From Negaprion brevirostris (taxonomy: Eukaryota): a stretch of DNA of 64,000 bases. Positions 1-11,480 of this stretch are shown here, piece by piece. Where the stretch lies: the NCBI GenBank assembly GCA_030324005.1, contig JARDVH010000193.1, forward strand, positions 34,562,226 to 34,626,225. The letters are read 5' to 3'. The notes under the pieces were generated by a model. That model did not search any database. It had not been told where the DNA came from and saw only the letters and a list, made by a program, of their open reading frames with translations. The position numbers and the translations under genes were made by a program. Positions within the stretch are counted from its first letter, which is position 1; each line of letters opens with the position of its first letter.

Positions 1-129
1 TTATAAAACAAACTCTGGCACTTTAATCCCAAATACAACATTTTAGTGGATCTCCAAATATTAAAATAGAACCATTTAATTTGTTTACAATTTTGGAAAC
101 TACAGGGCATGTGGGGTTTGTTGTTTTAG

Positions 130-372
130 TTCTGCTCTCATCTGCCAAAGCTGCTCACCATTCCTGCTTCATTCTGGAATGCAAAGATAATAACCAACCC
201 ATTCTCTATTGCAAACTGTCTTCTTAAACTTTTCCATCTTGCCTCCTCCACTCACATCTCAAACAACAAGTGCAAGGCATTCATGGTCTTCTTTATCACA
301 ACTGAGACCATCCAATCTGCTGCCTCTGCTTCCCTTTCTCCCATGAGCTCATCAGGCCAAACATCCTCTAGG
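130..372 (+). mobile_element. Old L2 LINE fragment
   Basis: Pyrimidine-rich segment ('aacaacaagtgcaaggcattcatggtcttcttt...gagaccatccaatctgctgcctctgc'); a similar piece occurs at about 5990-6080. Confidence 0.5.
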
Positions 373-373
373 G

Positions 374-712
374 ATGTAAGAAATAGGAGCTGGAGTAAAT
401 TATTTGGCTCCTCAAACTCGGTCTGCCATTCAGTATGATCATGTATAATCTTCTACCTCAACTCAATCCTCGCTGCTTGCTCTCCACATTTGTCCAGTCC
501 CTATGAGATCAAAAATCAGTTTCAATCTTGAATATATTCAATGATGGAGCTTCCACAACCCTCTAGAGCAGACAATTCCAGAGATTCACATAACCCTGAG
601 TGAAAGAAATTCTCCATCTCTCAGTCCTAAATGATCAACCGCTTGTCCAGAGACTGTCCCCATAATCTTAACTCCCCAAGCAGAGGAAACAAACCTCTCA
701 ACGGCTACCCTG
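374..712 (-). mobile_element. CR1 LINE 3' end
   Basis: Reverse complement of a CR1 tail ('taagaaataggagc...gccattcagtatgatcatg') and of the FF.QRVV.LWN region ('ttccagagattcaca...gaaagaaattctcc'). Confidence 0.75.
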
Positions 713-754
713 CCTCAAGCAAATTTTAAGTAGTCCACCACTCGTGGCTATATT

Positions 755-975
755 TTCATCTGCCAAGGCCCCAAGCTCTGGATTTCCCTCAATAAACCTC
801 TCTGCCTCTCTTTCCTCCTTTGAGACACGCCTTAAAACCTGCTTTTTTGACTAAGATCTTGGTCATCTGCCCTAACTAATAGTGGTTTCTATAGCTTGGT
901 GTGCAATCTTGTTTGATAACACTCCTGCAAAGCACCTTGGGATGTTTTATTATATGAAAAGTGAAATGCAAATTG
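755..975 (+). mobile_element. L2 LINE 3' tail
   Basis: 'ggccccaagctctggatttccctc...ccttaaaacc...ctcctgcaaagcaccttgggatgttt'; the same tail recurs at about 19020-19235 and 35885-36125. Confidence 0.7.
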
Positions 976-3567
976 CGGTCTTTGTCAATTCCAGTAATGA
1001 GATCGTAGATGTTCCTGGTCTCTGAACATTATTTAACAAAAGTCTTTTTTTCTGGGAATAATAGAAAAAAATTACCTAGTTTTCTATTATCCTGGACACA
1101 GACTGTGATTTGATGCCACGCTTAGCACTGTTGGCAAATCAGCAAAATGCTATAAAACCATATTGTTTAAATGAATATATATATTTTCTTGCAGATCACT
1201 TACGACAAATACTGAAAAACTAGTAAAACAAAAACGTTTAACTCCTTGTTTAGCACATTGCAATGAGACGGAGAAACAAAAAAGCCATTCTATTTTGGTA
1301 TTGCCATATAACATTGTGTATTTTATGCTTTATTAAAGATGTGCATGCTATTAGATCAGATGTGTTGTCAGAGCATTTATGTTCTGACAACACTCAACAT
1401 TGGGCTGACAAGAATTATAAATAATGCAATGGTTCATGGGAGTTCAGGCCACCTCCTTCCCCTCTAGCAATGTAGAAATAATATAGTGGTAATATTTTAT
1501 AAGGAAAGTGTGAACTTCAGGGAGTATATTTTTTCAGACTTGGTTGCAGACATGTTCCATCTTCAAAAATTTAGGTACCAGAGGAAGGCAAAAACCAAAA
1601 CACGTGAACAATATAATTGGGTTTTAGTTTAATCTATGAACTCTTCAGAGGTAGTGTTTTTTAAAATTTCTCTAATTCTGAATATCCAGCACAACAGGTG
1701 TACTACAAATGACATTGTGACAAAATATATTGTAACTGAAGAAATTGTGACTAACTTAAATGGACATTGGGAAAAATACTTGAAAGAATTTGTGCTTATT
1801 CTTTGCGCTACTGTTCTAGCAGGAGAAGTTAAACAAAAGAAGTCTCTTACTAAAAAGATAATGCATCATGATAAAAAAACTACAAAAAGTAAATAAAATC
1901 TTACTCAATGCAATGAATAATTACACATTAAACAGCAGAATGATCGAATTGAACAGAAAATAAAGTATCAATTTTAAAGCATTAAATTTATCTCAAGCAC
2001 CTTTAGTTAAGTCACAATATGATTCATTTTATAGATCCAACTAAGAAGATGTGTTAAAAAAGACAATTATCTAAATACATGCCAGGAATATTTGACAATT
2101 ATGAGGGCTTGGTGTTCAAATATTTGTCACTGAAGCATTAACGGCGTAGGCTTACATATCTCTTAATAGTAGACAAGATACATTAAATAAATAAATTATG
2201 TATGCAGATAGATCTTTCCAGTGACCCCACAGTTGTAAAGCATAATCAGTGGAATAAAAAAAAGTATGTATATTTTCTGTTGAAATAACCCAACTTTGCC
2301 TAATAATGTTTCAGAAACATTTTGAATGAAACAATGCTTCGCTTGTACATTTTTGTGTTGGTATTTTTCTTAAAGAATCTAAAATGCTCAGAGACACTTA
2401 CGTTTCTTAGATGTACCTAATTTGCTATGATGAATTGTGTGCACGCTTCAGTGATCACAACTGCAGCTGAGACCTATTATATTTAATGATCTAGACTTTT
2501 TTTTTCTGAAAACACCCAGGCATGTACTGTTGTGTTAAAATGGAGAAGGCACTTCTGCTGTAAGGGCGAAAGAGAAGAAAATAAACTTCAGAAAATGCTA
2601 AGCTATGGCATCTAGTTTTATGCTGCATACTGTCTGGCACCTGCACTCAAAAGATTCCAAGAGTGGAATGTTTGGAGCAGGCACATAGCAAGACCTAAAC
2701 ACTAAGAAATATAAGTGTAATTGTGAATAAAGCGTTTTCAAGAGTACTCAACTTCAGTTTTGTTGTAACACGAGTTGTTTTATACGTGAAGAGATTGTAA
2801 CTAATTTGTGAAATGAAACTTTTGATGCTTTAGCCTAGCATGTGCCCCTCATAAAACCTACGCATTGTTTGGCTTTCAAAACCCCGATTGTTCAGATTGT
2901 GAATGGGTTATGAAGGTCACTTCATACAGTATTCTATTTATATGAGTAAGTAATTGCATTTTGGGTGATTGACTTCAACTTGTGAAAACATTTAGAAATT
3001 TTATTTTATTCCTTTTATTTACCTATCTAGGTGAGAGTTTCTGGGAAGTATCGGTTGATGGGATCAAGCATGTGTTGCTATGGTGTATCATTTGGTTGTA
3101 ATGTCCTTGGAAGCAGTAGGGTATGTCCAATTACAATACCATATTACAATACAAAGTCACACATAGTGGGATTTGCGCCTGTTGCATCTTTCAACGTCAA
3201 GTCTGTTTAAAGCACAGCAGCGAGTTGCAGCCATGAATAGTGCCTGTCATCAGGAGCTCACAGTTTGGAGAAACGACGGAGGAGGATGAGCAGACATCCA
3301 GTACTATTGCAGAGGTCGAGGCCAGTAGTTCAGATGTTCCCTGAGTGCATCTTGTTCTCCAACCCAGTATTCTGAATGCTGGTCAGAATGATGGTTTCTC
3401 TGGGGTTTTCAGTCAGAGCCTAGTCCCTAGCCTCAGCTGCACAGTTGGAAATTGAGAAAGCAGCAGTNNNNNNNNNNNNNNNNNNNNNNNNNNNNNNNNN
3501 NNNNNNNNNNNNNNNNNNNNNNNNNNNNNNNNNNNNNNNNNNNNNNNNNNNNNNNNNNNNNNNNNNN

Positions 3568-4410
3568 CCCAGGCAGCCTGGGAGGCAGGAACTGATTTGT
3601 GCCATAACTAACCATGACAAATGGCAGCACAGTGGCACAGTGGTTAGTACTGCTGCCTCGCAGCGCCAGCGACCCAGGTTTGATTCTCTGCTTGGGTCAC
3701 TGTCCGTCTGGAATTTGCACATTCTCCCAGTGTCTGCGTGGTCTTCCTGCAGGCGGTCCGGTTTTCTCCCACAGTCTGAAAGATATGCCGGTTAGGTACA
3801 TTAACCCGAACAGGTGCCGAAGTGAGGCGATTAGGGGAATTTCACAGTAACTTCATTGCAGTGTTAATGTTAGCCTTACTTGTGACTAATAAATAAACTT
3901 TTAAAAACTTTCAAAGCACTTCATAATGATGGATGTCAGAGCCACTGGATGATAGTCATTAAGGCACACTGCCTGGCTTTTCTTTGGTGCCGAGATGATG
4001 GTTGTCTTCTTGAAGCAGATTGGTGTAAAGAGAAGTTGAAGGTGTCTGTGAAAACTCCCTCCAGCTGCTCCGTGCAGGACTTGAGTGCTAGTCCGGGTAC
4101 CCCATCCAAGACAGTTGCTTTCCGTGGGTTGACTTTTGAGCAAGCTGCTCTGCCATCTGCAATGGTGACCTCGGATACAGGTTTAGCCAAGGCTTCCAGG
4201 ATGGAGGGTGTGCTCTCGCTGACCTCTTCAAAATGGGCATAGAATATGTTGAATTCATCAGGAGGGGTGCATTGGAGATGGCAGTTTTACCTGCCTTCAT
4301 CTTGCAGCCTGTTATGTCTTGCAGACCTTGCCACTGTCGGCGGGAGTCCTCATGGCTAGCGTGGAATTCTAGCTTGGTCTGGTACTGGCCTTTGGACATA
4401 TTTGATGGAT
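3568..4410 (-). mobile_element. Rex1/Babar-clade LINE RT fragment, interrupted by a SINE
   Basis: Peptides KVNPRKATVLDGVPGLALKSC and FKKTTIISAPKKSQAVCLNDYHPVALTSIIMKCFE, continuing after the SINE as LVMAQISSCLPGCL into the gap. Confidence 0.85.
3623..3900 (+). mobile_element. HE1-like tRNA-derived V-SINE, tail type A
   Basis: A/B-box head (gtggcacagtggttag; ggtttgattc), V-domain (tttgcacattctccc...ttctcccacagtc), tail 'ttcacagtaacttcattgcagtgttaatg..gcc.tacttgtgac..ataaataaac'. Confidence 0.9.
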
Positions 4411-4413
4411 CTC

Positions 4414-4696
4414 CATAGATCATAGAATCCCTACAGTGTAGAAGGTGGTCATTTGGCCCATCGGATCTGCACCGACCACAATCCCACTCAGGCCCAATAC
4501 ATGTAGCCCCATATATTTACCCTGCTAATCTCCCTGACACTAGACATGGCCAATCAAACTAACACACGTTTTTGGACTGTGGGAGGAAACCAGGGCACCC
4601 AGAGGAAACCCACACTGATAGTGACCCGAGGACGGAAATGAACCTGGGTCCTTGGTGCTGTGAGGCAGCAATGCTAACCACTGTGCCACCATGCCA
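4414..4696 (-). mobile_element. HE1-like V-SINE, CR1-type tail (type B)
   Basis: Reverse head 'accactgtgccaccatgcc' and V-domain; tail 'catagaatccctacagtg.agaagg.ggtcatt.ggcccatcg'. Confidence 0.9.
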
Positions 4697-4822
4697 TCCA
4701 TATTTTATCCATGTATTACACAGAGCATCAGATATAAATTTTTTTTTGAGGTTGAGAAAAATACTTTATACTGATATACAGTAACTAAGCTAGGGTATAC
4801 AAGCACTAAGCTTAAAAGAAAC

Positions 4823-5112
4823 CCCTGCCTCCCAGTCTGCTTGGANNNNNNNNNNNNNNNNNNNNNNNNNNNNNNNNNNNNNNNNNNNNNNNNNNNNNNN
4901 NNNNNNNNNNNNNNNNNNNNNNNNNNNNNNNNNNNNNNNNNNNNNNNNNNNNNNNNNNNNNNNNNNNNNNNNNNNNNNNNNNNNNNNNNNNNNNNNNNNN
5001 GTCCTGGGGCTTGGCTCCTCTGTCTGCAACTGGATTCTAGACTTCCTAACCCACAGACAGTAGTCAGTAAGGATAGGTATCAACACCTCCTCCACATATT
5101 CAATGCAACTCC
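4823..5112 (+). mobile_element. Second Rex1/Babar RT fragment spanning an N gap
   Basis: CLPVCL before the gap and LGLGSSVCNWILDFLTHRQ*SVRIG after it. Confidence 0.8.
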
Positions 5113-5479
5113 AGGTATAGTGGATAATAATCATACAGATCGTCTTGAGCCTCAACCTGACTACACACGAACTGAATCAGAGCCTCAATCATAACTTATA
5201 TCCTGAGATCATAAAAAATTGTGTGTGCTTAATATGCAGGCCGAATCAAACAGGTGGCGTGAAATACTGCAATCAATTACAAATATTCCTGTCACATACT
5301 AAATACAGTCAGTGGGCTGTAATTGGACTATATCTCGAATAAACTCTGGCTGAAGTTACCATACTTCAAACAGCCTATCTATGGTCCTTCATCCAGCTTG
5401 ACACTCGGTAGCTGTCTATTTATTCAACCATTGTCTCATCTGCATCTTTAATGTCCACAGCCTCTTCCCTTGCTCTTCA

Positions 5480-5740
5480 GCTGCCTTGAAAGAGTGTTGG
5501 TGACCATTAGATCTCTGCATTGGCCCATGGTTGTGCCTGGCAAGATGTGTCAGCTGTTTGCCAGTATCTTCCATAAATGGCTGACCAGGAAACTCTCCAG
5601 TTCTTACTGCTTGCTATTGGTATATGGGCAGGATTTACAGGTTGACAGTCAACCAATTTGGCCAGGTTATGAATGCATTTCCCATGGCCATCAAATCCAG
5701 GGAGCTTCTGGCTCAGATTACCCACTGTGCCATAAGACCT
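5480..5740 (-). mobile_element. Old tRNA-headed SINE (family unassigned)
   Basis: Minus strand starts 'gtcttatggcacagtgggtaa..tgagccagaagct...ggatttgat' and later has a 'ggcaaac...cttgcc' motif typical of SINE bodies. Confidence 0.4.
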
Positions 5741-6254
5741 TCACATTATCCTGAGTAGAATTTTGACACTCTCCCATTCTGGTTGTTCACCCTGATATGA
5801 TCACAGATTTATTTCTTCAAGTCCAAAGGGTGTGTCTACCTGGTCCACAAACGGTTAGCTTATTTGATTGGATCCATCAAATGCTCTTGGCCTCACTCTC
5901 TTCTACAAAAACAATCAAATTCTCCCAAATTAAACCAGAGATTAAATAGAAATCCCAGATTCACTTCTCCACCATCTGTATCCCTCCACCATCAGCTATG
6001 ATAACCAGCATAAAGAGCTCATGGACCTCTTGGTCACAAAGATCAGTACAAACCAGTCAGTTATCGCTGCTGCTTTCCTGCTTCTGCACTGTCAAAACTT
6101 CCCTCCAATCCTCTATTTCCCAGCCTCGAACAAAGTAAACTTAAGGAACTTTCAATCTTTCAATCAGGCATTTTACAGCCTTGCTGACTCAAGTCGAGCA
6201 AATTAATTCCATAACCTCAGACCTCATTTTTTTCTATTGGTGTTTTGTTGTTAT

Positions 6255-6750
6255 TTTTGGACAGCAGCTGTTGGTGATGATTCAGTTTTCCCATTTACAC
6301 TGTCTCGAGGCCCACCTTTTGTTTCTTCACTTGCTCCATTACCATCACATTTTGCCTTGCACCATTAAAACTTCTGCCCTTTTCCACCTTATCACAGGCC
6401 TTCCCTTTGGTCCGTTTCATTTCCTCCCTCTGATTTCACCACCTGTTTTTGCTTTAAAGCTGTCAATATTGCTAACTTTTCCCCACTCTGCTGAAAAGTC
6501 ATTGTCTAAAACACAAAGGCTGGAACGTTAAGGCCATTCAGTCTGGTGGGATTTACCCATCCCGCTGTGGTGAACAGAGTTTAGGCTGGGATCCAAATTC
6601 TCTGACTTCACTGCAGCTGGAGCATTGCTTTTACGGCTGGTAAAATCATGCCCAATCTGTTTCTAGGTACCCATATGCGGCCGTACCTGCTTTTCAGGAT
6701 TTTCTGTTTCTCTTCCAGATTTCCGGCATCCACAGTATTTCGCTTTGGTA
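6255..6750 (+). mobile_element. Penelope-like element terminal (pLTR) remnant with decayed hammerhead core
   Basis: Pyrimidine-rich body, then 'ctctgctgaaaagtca...ggaacgtta' and 'tctgtttc...cagatttccggcatccacagtattt'. The same terminus recurs at about 15650-15765 and 51005-51045. Confidence 0.55.
6532..6653. mobile_element. Short Harbinger-type non-autonomous element (MITE)
   Basis: Inserted after a TAA and ending in 'taaaatcatgccc', the GGGC-type terminus shared by several elements in the window. Confidence 0.5.
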
Positions 6751-7912
6751 TCCTTGAATTTACTATTGCTTCCTAAATCCTTCCTAATATTGCCTGCAGG
6801 TTTGAATCTCTTTTGTCAGTTTTTTCCCATGCCACAGTAGAGGAAATAGCTCTGATCCAAGTCATGTGACATCAAACTGAGGTGTATTTTCTCCCATCCT
6901 CTCTTCAGCCTTTGACAGTATTGATCATATTTCATCTGCCTCCAATTTTTCTCCTCTATTTTCCAGTAGTGAGATGGTCCTGGCTTTGTTCCATATTTCC
7001 TAATCAAATTGTGGTCAGAGTATTTCTGATAATAATTTCTTATCCTGATTCTGCATCATAACCTCAAAAGCCCCGGGAGTCTTTCGCTCTCCTCCTGTCC
7101 GCGCCTACATTTTGCCGCTTGGCAGCATCACCCAAATTCACAGGATTAACTTCCATGCAATGCGTACTTCCGCTGACAAACAATTCTATATCTCCATCAC
7201 CTCTCTCGACCTTTGCATTGCCTGTGTTTTCAAACTGCTTGTCAAACATGCAGCCTCCAACGCATCGTGCTTCCACCAGTTAAGCAATGAAAGAGCAAAG
7301 CTGCTGTCCTCTTTCCTGTCACAAACTCAGTACTCTTGCCAGCAATTCCATCCTGCTCCCCAGCAAGTATCGCAATACAAACCAGACTGTTTACAGTCCT
7401 GACATCCTACCCCAACCCAAACGGCATAATCTCATACTCTCACTGTAAAAAAGTTGTTTCCAGCAGAGTAACATTGTCCAACTCCAGTGTTGCCTCAGCC
7501 CACTACTGCAGAAACCCTCATTCATAGCTTATCACTTTAGAGACTCAATTGTTCTTTCAGCCATTCCCCCTGATTCTGTAACCCACAGCTCATTCAAAAC
7601 TCTGAACCATTTCCTATGTTGTACATCCATCAATCACCCCTGGGTCTGTGACCTACGTGGTCCTCCAATGCCTCCAATTTAAAATTCTCATTCAAATTTA
7701 AATCCCTCCCTAGTTCTGTAACCCTTACAACCAACCCCTCCCCAGATTCTTCACTCCTCCTAATTGGGCCTCTAACATATCTAACCTTCTGGCACAGCAC
7801 CATTTATGGGGGTGCCTTTCATCACGTATGCTGCATACTCTGGAATGGCTTCCCTTAATATCTTTGCCTCTCCATCGTTATGTCCTCCTTCAGGAACCTC
7901 CTTAAAATTTAT

Positions 7913-8120
7913 CTACGCTCCAATATCATTTTGGTGAATCTGTTCAGCGTCTTCAAAGCCAACATTTTCTTCCTGAGGTGCGGTGCCCACAACTGCAGAC
8001 AGTACTTCGGATGGGGGTCTGAGAAAGGCTCTGTGCAACTGAAGCATGGCTTCCTCCCCTTTGTAATCTAGCCCCTTTGAGATAAAGGCCAACATTTCAT
8101 GAGTATTTTGATTGCTTTTT
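7913..8120 (-). mobile_element. CR1 RT C-terminal fragment
   Basis: MLAFISKGLDYKGEEAMLQLHRAFLRP matches the CR1 'ML.FI.RG.EYK..EVMLQLY..LVRP' motif. Confidence 0.85.
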
Positions 8121-8137
8121 GGAAGTATATACTAGTT

Positions 8138-8184
8138 CCAAATGATTTGTTATTTAAACTCCCAAATGATTTGTTATTTAAACT
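8138..8184. repeat. Tandem duplication, period 24 bp
   Basis: 'ccaaatgatttgttatttaaact' occurs at 8138-8160 and 8162-8184. Confidence 0.9.
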
Positions 8185-8256
8185 TTCCAATCCCGAAGAA
8201 GTTCTGTACACAAGAATGGGATATAAGCAATGTGAAATTTCAGTTTTAAAGTATTT

Positions 8257-8550
8257 AAGTTTATTTATTAGTGTCACAAGTAGGCTTACATTAATACTGC
8301 AATGAAGTTACTGTGACAATCCCCTAGTTGCCACACTCTGGCATCTGTTCAAGTACACAGAGAGAATTTAGCATGGCCAATGCACCAAACCAGCACATTT
8401 TTCGGACTGTGGGAGGAAACTGGAGCACCCGGAGGAAACCCACGTAGACACAGGGAGAACTTGCAGACTCCGCACAGTGACCCAAGCCGGGAATCGAACG
8501 TGGGTCCCTGGTGTTGTGAGGCAGCAGTGCTAGTCACTGTGCCACCGTGC
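8257..8550 (-). mobile_element. HE1-like V-SINE, tail type A
   Basis: Complete reverse copy from 'tttatttattagtgtcacaagtaggc' to 'cactgtgccaccgtgc'. Confidence 0.92.
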
Positions 8551-8793
8551 AGGTAAAATACATTGATATTTGCCAATCTATATTACCAAAAGCAGAACTA
8601 GAAGCAAATGATGGGATATTTATTTATATTAATCTCAGCACAACAACCACTGATGTCACTGCCATGAAAAATCACCAGCGGTATAACTAAAAGTCAAGGG
8701 CAAATTTCTCCCATTTATTTTGCAGCAGTTACTCTTAACTTAAAATGTTTTCAGATTTAAACTCAATTTATTGAATATTTGCATTTAAAGCTA

Positions 8794-8979
<186 letters not shown>

Positions 8980-9859
8980 TCAAACAACACAACTGTTAGT
9001 TAAAGAAAAATACAGGGTGGGGGTATGCAATGATGCTGTTTGAAATGTGTATTTGAAAACTAACAATCTAACCAAAGTACTGAATATGATCGCAATAGGT
9101 GACGATAAAAAATGTCGACATTGTTCCAACCATTCCAGCTCTAATTTGTTACTGCAAACTATTAACTTTTGTACAGTCAACTCCAAGGGTACATAATGAT
9201 GCATTTATCTCCTTAATCATCAGCATTTGTGTTTGACAATATTTACAATGTGTCTGCTAGAGTTCTGGAGATTTAAACATCAATAAAACACTGAAAACAC
9301 AAATCAACGTTTGTTTGACCTCAAAACTGCGACAGTCGTATTATTTTTTTTTTACAAAATTCCTGGATTTGGGATCCTTCTGGCAGCTGAAGATGAGCAT
9401 TTGGAGCTGACAGATTTATTACATCCTATCAGATTTGATGACAGCAGATTAGGACCCTGCTGATTCTTGGTAACAGCCTGTCACCAAATCAGGATTAGTT
9501 GCACTGACCACAGATGTTTTTGATTGGATAAACCTAACACCTTTCCCACTGCGCTTTTAGAAGCAGTGAGGCTAAAGCTAAATGTACCAGTTTTACAGCA
9601 CTAAGTGTTAATATTTGCTTTCTTTAACAGTTAGACAATACGCATAGGCTACAGTAAATTATTATGTTATCATTCAATTAAGGGCGAGTTACTTGGGCTG
9701 GTTACATTTCTGAGCCAATCAGGCAACCCTTGCATGGCTGACCAGCACGACAACAATAGACTAGTCAAGAAATAATGAACGCAACAGATACTTTAGGAAG
9801 AAACATTAATAGGAAATGTTAACAGTGAATTCCCCCCAAGTCTACCTCTTCCCCCTTTT

Positions 9860-11480
9860 CTCCAGATGGCAGTAATAAATGGGTTGGAATCTTACTGGTT
9901 CTCTGGTGCAGGTTAGGAGGCAAGAGTGCCTTTAAATACCAGGGCTCTTTGGTTCAATTTTACTGCTGGTGAAGTTCCTCAGTAATGGAAAGAGTGGTGA
10001 CTCAGCACCCTGCCAACTAGACAGTAAAGGACTGAATAGGGGCCATTTGCATGGTATCTGGTTAGGGCGAAGATGACAGAGCTATGGTTGATGGCACATG
10101 GAGGGGAGTGTCAGCAGCAAAGACCACCACTTCGGCCCTGACTGCCACTGAAGAGGTTTTCCTTCCAACTGTCAGGTCCAGCCTGTTTAACTCTCTATCA
10201 CCTCTGTCAGTGTGCCTCAAAATAGAAAGGCCACACAATTCCCTTGCAGCTTCAGCAGCAGCCATCTCTCTTTGCAATGCAAAGGCTGCAGAGTTGTTAG
10301 CCCTCTGACTGGGCCAGCAAGGTGGAAGGCCTGGTAGCCTTTTACAATTGGCTGCCTCATCCATCTGCCGACTCGATTGCTTCCTTCTGACAGCATCATG
10401 GCAGAGGTCCCACCTCCCACCCAAGCATGCTGGCTATCTGAAAACATCCCTGATGTCAGAACTTCCCACTCCTTCTCAGAAGATCTAGCTCATGGTGGTA
10501 GTCTCATGTACTCTGCATAAAGAATGAGTGTGTGTATACTGTGTGTGTTTTTTCTTTTATGAGTGAGATGTGCAAGGGTATGTTGTGTGTAGTGCATGGG
10601 ATTTGGGAATGTTGCCTATGTGGGGGTGTGTATGTAAATATGGGATGTGCCTGTAAGTGGGGGGATGTGAATGTGAATGTGTATGGGGGGAGGGGAGGTG
10701 CAAATGTGAATGCGGGTGTGTATACAGGTTAGGCGTGTTTTTGGCAGTGTTTGGCAATGGAATTGTGTTTTTTGTNNNNNNNNNNCGGTTTCAGTAGTTT
10801 TCTATGTGTATGGGTGTGTATATGTGGATGAGCGCAGTTGTGTGTTCCTGAGGGCAAGTGTTGAGTTTGCATTTCCTCCCCGTGTTTGCATGGGTTTATT
10901 CTGGATGCTCCTGTTTCCTCTCACAGTTCAAAGATGTGTAGATTAGGTGGATTAACTATGGTAAATGTATGGGGTACGGGAATAGGGTGGAGGGGAGGGC
11001 CTGGGTGTTTTGCTCTTTCAGAAAGTCAGTGCAGGTTCGATGAGTCAAATGGTCTCCTTCTGCACTGTAGGGATTTAATGGTTCTATAGTATGTGAGTAG
11101 GTGTAGGGAAGGAGGAGGAGTGTCTGTGAGGGTGGGAGGTTTAGGTTTTGGGAGGGCAGCAAGGAAAGTTACACAACTGAAGGTAAAGTCGTTCCAGGAT
11201 AGCACCTTTGATGAAATTGTCCTTTAAATTCTGGCGATGGTGGGGAAAACATGGGAGAACTTTCTACACACCCTCCTCACGTCAATAAGGCCAGGTATTT
11301 CTGCCCATTCAGGTCAGGTCAGCATAGCAAACTGTAGTTCAAGGCAAGTTCTGCTCAACATCCTGGCAGGTATGATGCATCTGCTGTAACCATGTAATAT
11401 ATGATGGGAGTTACATCTTTTGGCATGGGCAGGCGTGGGTTCCACTTTGTCACACTTGTGCCGACAGAACAAGAAAACCT
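9860..11480 (-). mobile_element. Probable decayed Harbinger accessory-gene remnant with a GT-rich low-complexity stretch (10528-10850)
   Basis: GC-richer degenerate coding-like blocks separated by a (GT)-rich segment, resembling the layout at 36150-38690; peptide similarity is weak. Confidence 0.3.
10858..11090 (+). mobile_element. 5'-truncated HE1-like V-SINE, tail type B
   Basis: V-domain 'gagtttgcatttcctccccgtg...' and tail 'aatggtctccttctgcactgtaggga'. Confidence 0.85.

Larger units (their letters stand above)
5890..7915 (+). mobile_element. Fragmented old L2 LINE with nested insertions
   Basis: L2-like RT debris (decayed YADD region at about 7150-7200, 'aaaccctcattcatagctt', 'cctccaatttaaaattctc') and a tail-like end at about 7840-7915. 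Confidence 0.65.

Noticed and set aside
1636-1896. Short ORFs in unique DNA (e.g. 1636-1896, 15165-15416, 23980-24183, 44946-45320) as genes
   Set aside because: No recognisable domains or splice context, and lengths are as expected by chance.
1180-2760. Plus-strand acceptor (ttttcttgcag at 1194) followed by ITYDKY* and an AT-rich UTR-like stretch with AATAAA
   Set aside because: It is antisense within a ZNF423 intron with no upstream exon. The ITYDKY match to ATG3 ends in a stop and has no flanking similarity.
3000-3040. Polypyrimidine-AG|GTGAG recursive-splice-like site
   Set aside because: It is on the strand opposite ZNF423. Same-strand look-alikes (about 21905, 44168) lie inside transposon remnants.
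3623-3700. tRNA genes at SINE heads (also 19688, 28431, 48580)
   Set aside because: A/B boxes run straight into SINE bodies; no complete cloverleaf or terminator.
8138-8184. Short direct repeats as a CRISPR-like array
   Set aside because: Only two adjacent copies with no spacers, in eukaryotic DNA; simple slippage duplication.
10528-10850. His/Cys-rich peptides and G-quadruplex-like runs
   Set aside because: Low-complexity (GT/CA) sequence inside repeat debris.
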